A DNA stretch of 63,935 nucleotides, the filler included, from Folioceros fuciformis (lineage: Eukaryota), in assembly GCA_049999805.1 (NCBI GenBank). It is 11 parts of 11 records of this genome, joined end to end, with 100 filler letters (N's around TTAATTAATTAA, not from the genome) between each part and the next. Parts side by side here need not be neighbours in the genome. Positions count along the whole stretch, not along the records: positions 60,219 to 63,935 come from JBNGIO010001672.1; 10 more parts are not named here. One strand, written 5' to 3'. The translations under genes were made by a program, and so were the position numbers. The number at the start of each line of letters is the position of its first letter. Position 1 is the stretch's first letter. The notes beneath the pieces were generated by a model that searched no databases, was not told where the DNA came from, and saw nothing but the letters and a program-made list of their open reading frames with translations. Shown here one piece after another: positions 60,440 to 63,935 of this stretch.

Positions 60440-63400
60440 TAGGGTGCCTAGGCCTGTCCTAGCCTTCGGCCAGGTGGCCGGGGCTGAGGATCTGGCAGGT
60501 AGGCGGGCCGGCCTGCTGCTGGGATGGATCTGACGGGCGGACGGATCGGTCGCCGCAAGCCCAAGCAAGATTCAACAGGCCGGGTGACCGTAGGGCGGCT
60601 CCGGGCAGGCTAGGTTGTGGTGGCAAGGCAGCCGAATCTAGCCAGCCAGCAGATGGGCTAGATGCTCGAGGATGGGCTAGACAGGGGCTGGCTGAGCAGG
60701 AAGCAGCCAGCCTAAGACGGCGGCTGGTCGGCGGGGCCAGTAGCAGCCGAGTGGAAGACCTGCTGGCTGGCAGACAAGCCCAGCAGGCTGGCTGGGGGAT
60801 CTCGAAGCCAGGCAGCGGCCTAAGTAGTTGTTTTAGCCAGGCAGTCGCCAGCTTGCTGGCAACTGGGGCTGGATGCGGAGGTTAGCAGGCCGGCCAGGCA
60901 GCAGGCAAGCAAGTAGGAACGGACCTAGCCCGGCCAGGCGGAGAGCGGGTAGCCTGGCTGGGCGGCCGGCCTGGTCGGAGTTGGAGGCAGGTGGGCGGTG
61001 GTGGATCCACGGGCATAGCAGGCCGGCGCCGGACCCCGGCTGGGGTCCCTGCTGGATTCGTCGAATCGTTTGGCTGCAGGCGCAAGGGGCCGGCAGGTAG
61101 GCAGACGAGGGTGGTGGCTGGCTGGTGAGGGGCTACTGAAGGGCCCAGCCAGCAGCCCAGCCCGGATCGGCAATCGGGTGGCTGCCCGGGCGGAACTAGA
61201 AGGTAGAAGACTCTGGGCAGGCGGTCTGGTGGAGGCTGGTTGCCCAAGCCGTTGGCAGCTGCTGCTGGAGGCCTAGCAGCAGCCCAGCCCGGGTCGGCAC
61301 CCATGGCGGGCTGGCATGGATTGTATTGCAGGGTGGCCTGGATTAGGTTTGGCAGGGTGGCTGGGCCGCGGCCAAGAAGCAGCAAGGTGGGGGCGAATCC
61401 TGGCTAGTCGGAGGGCTGGGCTGATTCGGACCGAAGTAGTAGGCTGTAGGGGACAAATCCAGCTGGGACGGCTGGCACCCAGAGGCAGCAGGCAGCTAGC
61501 AAAAGGCGCCTAGCTGGACCGCCATGCAGCCAAGCTACCGCCTGACGGCTGGGGGGGAATCAACCTGGCAGGGGCTGGCCAGCAGAGGCCGGTGGCTGAG
61601 CAGCAGCCAGGTGACCCAGTAGCCGGCGGGCAGCAGGAATACAAGCAGACCGGCCAGCCGGCGGACTGGCTGCAGCAGCAGATCGGCCAGGCGGAGGCAT
61701 GCGGCTTGGCTGGGCAACCTGGCTGGTCACGGCTAGGAGGAGGGCGGTGGTGTCGGATCGGCAGGCCGGGCCAGGCAGGCGGTCTGGGTGAATTAGTCAA
61801 GCGGGGGGCAATTGGATCCAGCCAGCCAGGAGGCCATATCGACAGGCGGCCTGGCAGACAGGGTGGATCTAAGCGAGGCCGCAGCAAGCCAGGCAGGCTG
61901 GTGGCTGGCTGCCTGACCGGCTTGGCAGGCAAGTGCTAGACGGGGCACCAACGCGGGCAGGCCAGAGGCGGCACCAAATCCTAGCCGGCGTGGATCGGGC
62001 TGGTTGCAGGACCGGTGCATTAAGATCAGAGCCCAGCTCAGGGACGAATGGGCATGGATGTGCAGGCTTCCTAGCCTGCTGTCGGAGTTGAGCGGGGGGT
62101 AGAGCTGAGCAGCGAAGGCCGGAGTGATCGGGCAGGGACGGAGTGGGAGCAACTGCGGAGACCCATCTCCCTGCGGCTGCAGGATCCCAAGCGGCAGGCA
62201 GGTTAGACGGCCCTGAGCGAAGCAGAGGCCGGGAGAGCCTGGCCGGCTGGAGGTGGCCTTGCAGGCAGATCCAGGCCAGGCGGGCTTCAAGCTGATCGAG
62301 GCTGTAGGTAGGCTCTGTCACGGGGTGGGTTGCGGATGATGTTGGGGCGAACCCAGGTCGGGCTGCTAGCAAGTAGGCCGCCTGGCTTGCAGGAGCTAGC
62401 TTGGGTGGACTTGAGCCGGGCAGCAAAAGCTGGGCCGGCCAGCCAGCCGATCAGGCTGCAAATGGCAGGTCGACAGTCCTGCATGGTAGGGGCCGGCAGG
62501 GTGCATGATAGGCGGATCTGGTTGGGCAGGCCGGTCTTGGAGCCAAGATAGGCCGTATTCTGGCCGACAGGGCGCTCCGAGGCTGCGGCAGTGCCAGATC
62601 CAGGAGTCTGGCCATGATGGCTAGTGACTGGCTAGGTGGGTTTTGATAAGAAGGCACCTGGCTGGATCACCAGGTGGCGGTGGGCGGGCTAGCAGGTGAG
62701 GCTCTAGTCAAGTGGCCGCTGGCCGGCTGCAGGGGCAGAGTGGAACGCAGCAGGTTGGTTGGCCGATTCTGGTCGCCAAGGAGCTGCAGGCGGCTTGCAG
62801 GCTACGGCGGCTGGCACGGCCGCTGAGGAAGGCAGGCGGCTCAGCAGCGCAGGCAGCAGCCAGCCTAGCAGATCGGGCTACAGGGCAAGGTTGGATCCAG
62901 CAGGCCGACGGGCTAGGTGGATCCGGGGAGGCAGCTTGGCGAGTGGTATGGCGGGCTGCACAGGCCGCCACGCTTGTGGGTTGCCTGCAAGGTGAGGAAC
63001 AGCCAAGCCTCGCAGGTAGCCTGGCAGGTGGCCGGCTAGCAGGGGTTGGTTGGCCTGGGAGGCCCCAGTCGGAGGCAGGCCGCTTCGGCGGGTTAAGGCA
63101 GGCTAGAGCAGATCAAGCAGGGTGTGCCTGCTGGAGGCCAGGTCGCTAGGGAGCTGCAGGCCGGGTCGCCAGGGGGCTGCAGGCGGTCCAGCAGCGTGGG
63201 TAGTGGTAGGCAGCTGGCCGGCGACCCAGCATAGCAGGCAAATAGCTAGAGGCTGACGGATCTAGGCCAGGCGGGCCTCGGCATGATCCAACTGCAGGCA
63301 GGCTGGCGGTTGAGATCTAGCAGGGGGGGGTCTGCTAGCTGGAGGTGGCGGCTGAGGGGTCTAGCCAGCAGCCTAGCCCTCCCCAGCTGTCAGCAGACAG

Positions 63401-63560
63401 CAGGGGATCCTGCTGGCCCAGTGCAGGCGGTGCAAGATCGGCGTAGGAGGTGCTGCAAGAGGCAGCAAGAGTGCACACCAGAAGCTAGAGCAGCTACGAG
63501 AAGTTGGAGCAGCTTGGAGGGAGATCGGCAGCAAGCGTCCTGGCAGCTAACTCTCATATC
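60440..63560 (+). repeat. About 3 kb of GC-rich low-complexity sequence upstream of copia gag
   Basis: Dense ggctggc / ccagcc / gcaggc / ggatc oligomers; no credible protein in any frame. Confidence 0.65.
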
Positions 63561-63760
63561 GGTGTGTGCAGGAACTGAGGAGAAGGGCGACAAGGCCCTG
63601 TCAGCTTACTGGACTAGCTGTTGATCCCCAGAGCTCTGTGGAAGGGCTGACAAGTGGAGGCAACAGCTGCAATAGCTGTGGAAGGTCTGGTTCTTTCAGA
63701 CATTTATCAGGTGTGAGTACTCAAGAAAGGATTGAGTGTCAACCTTGAGTGGTGGCAAGA

Positions 63761-63935
63761 ATGGCCAGTGACAGTATTAACCAGATCGTACAGGAGAAGC
63801 TGGACAAAAACAACTTCCATGCCTGGAAGTTTCGTTTTACAAACTTTCTTATGGGAAAGGGTTATTGGGACTACATTGAGGGGGAGCCTGAAAAACCCCC
63901 TGTAGTACTTGAACGGAATGCAACAGCGGAGCAGA
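63761..63935 (+). mobile_element. Ty1/copia gag N-terminus, running off the window
   Basis: MASDSINQIVQEKLDKNNFHAWKFRFTNFLMGKGYWDYIEGEPEKP, matching the KL.G.N..W...M...L....LW..V.G gag pattern. Confidence 0.85.

Noticed and set aside
60873..63624. Many Ala/Gly/Arg/Pro-rich ORFs on both strands
   Set aside because: Expected by chance in GC-rich low-complexity DNA; no recognisable motifs

Overview
Eukaryotic land-plant genomic DNA, not prokaryotic. The genes are compact, with short (mostly ~70-200 nt) GT-AG introns; a seed-free plant such as a hornwort or lycophyte is my inference only. The window is 11 contigs joined by ten artificial 100-nt spacers (N44-TTAATTAATTAA-N44), so adjacency across spacers is not evidence of linkage. 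Recognisable genes: DIS3L2/SOV-type RNase II exonuclease; a NOL8-like RRM protein head-to-head with an SMPD4-like gene; a PG1beta-like BURP protein; a SKOR/GORK-type Shaker K+ channel; an RBM18-like protein; mitochondrial dihydrolipoamide dehydrogenase; a divergent PLATZ; a tail-less EBS/SHL-like BAH-PHD protein; Ran; an IST1-like protein; and one unassigned gene. The remainder is Ty1/copia and other LTR-element debris, accessory TE ORFs and several minisatellites. Best leads: an intact antisense membrane/coiled-coil ORF in a decayed copia 3' region, an unlisted open frame of repeated peptides (KAEGCCHYLFLTPAP x3), the C-terminally truncated EBS/SHL reader, the divergent PLATZ with an intronless domain, and the BURP lacking an FxxY repeat tract. 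None is proven to be a new system from sequence alone.
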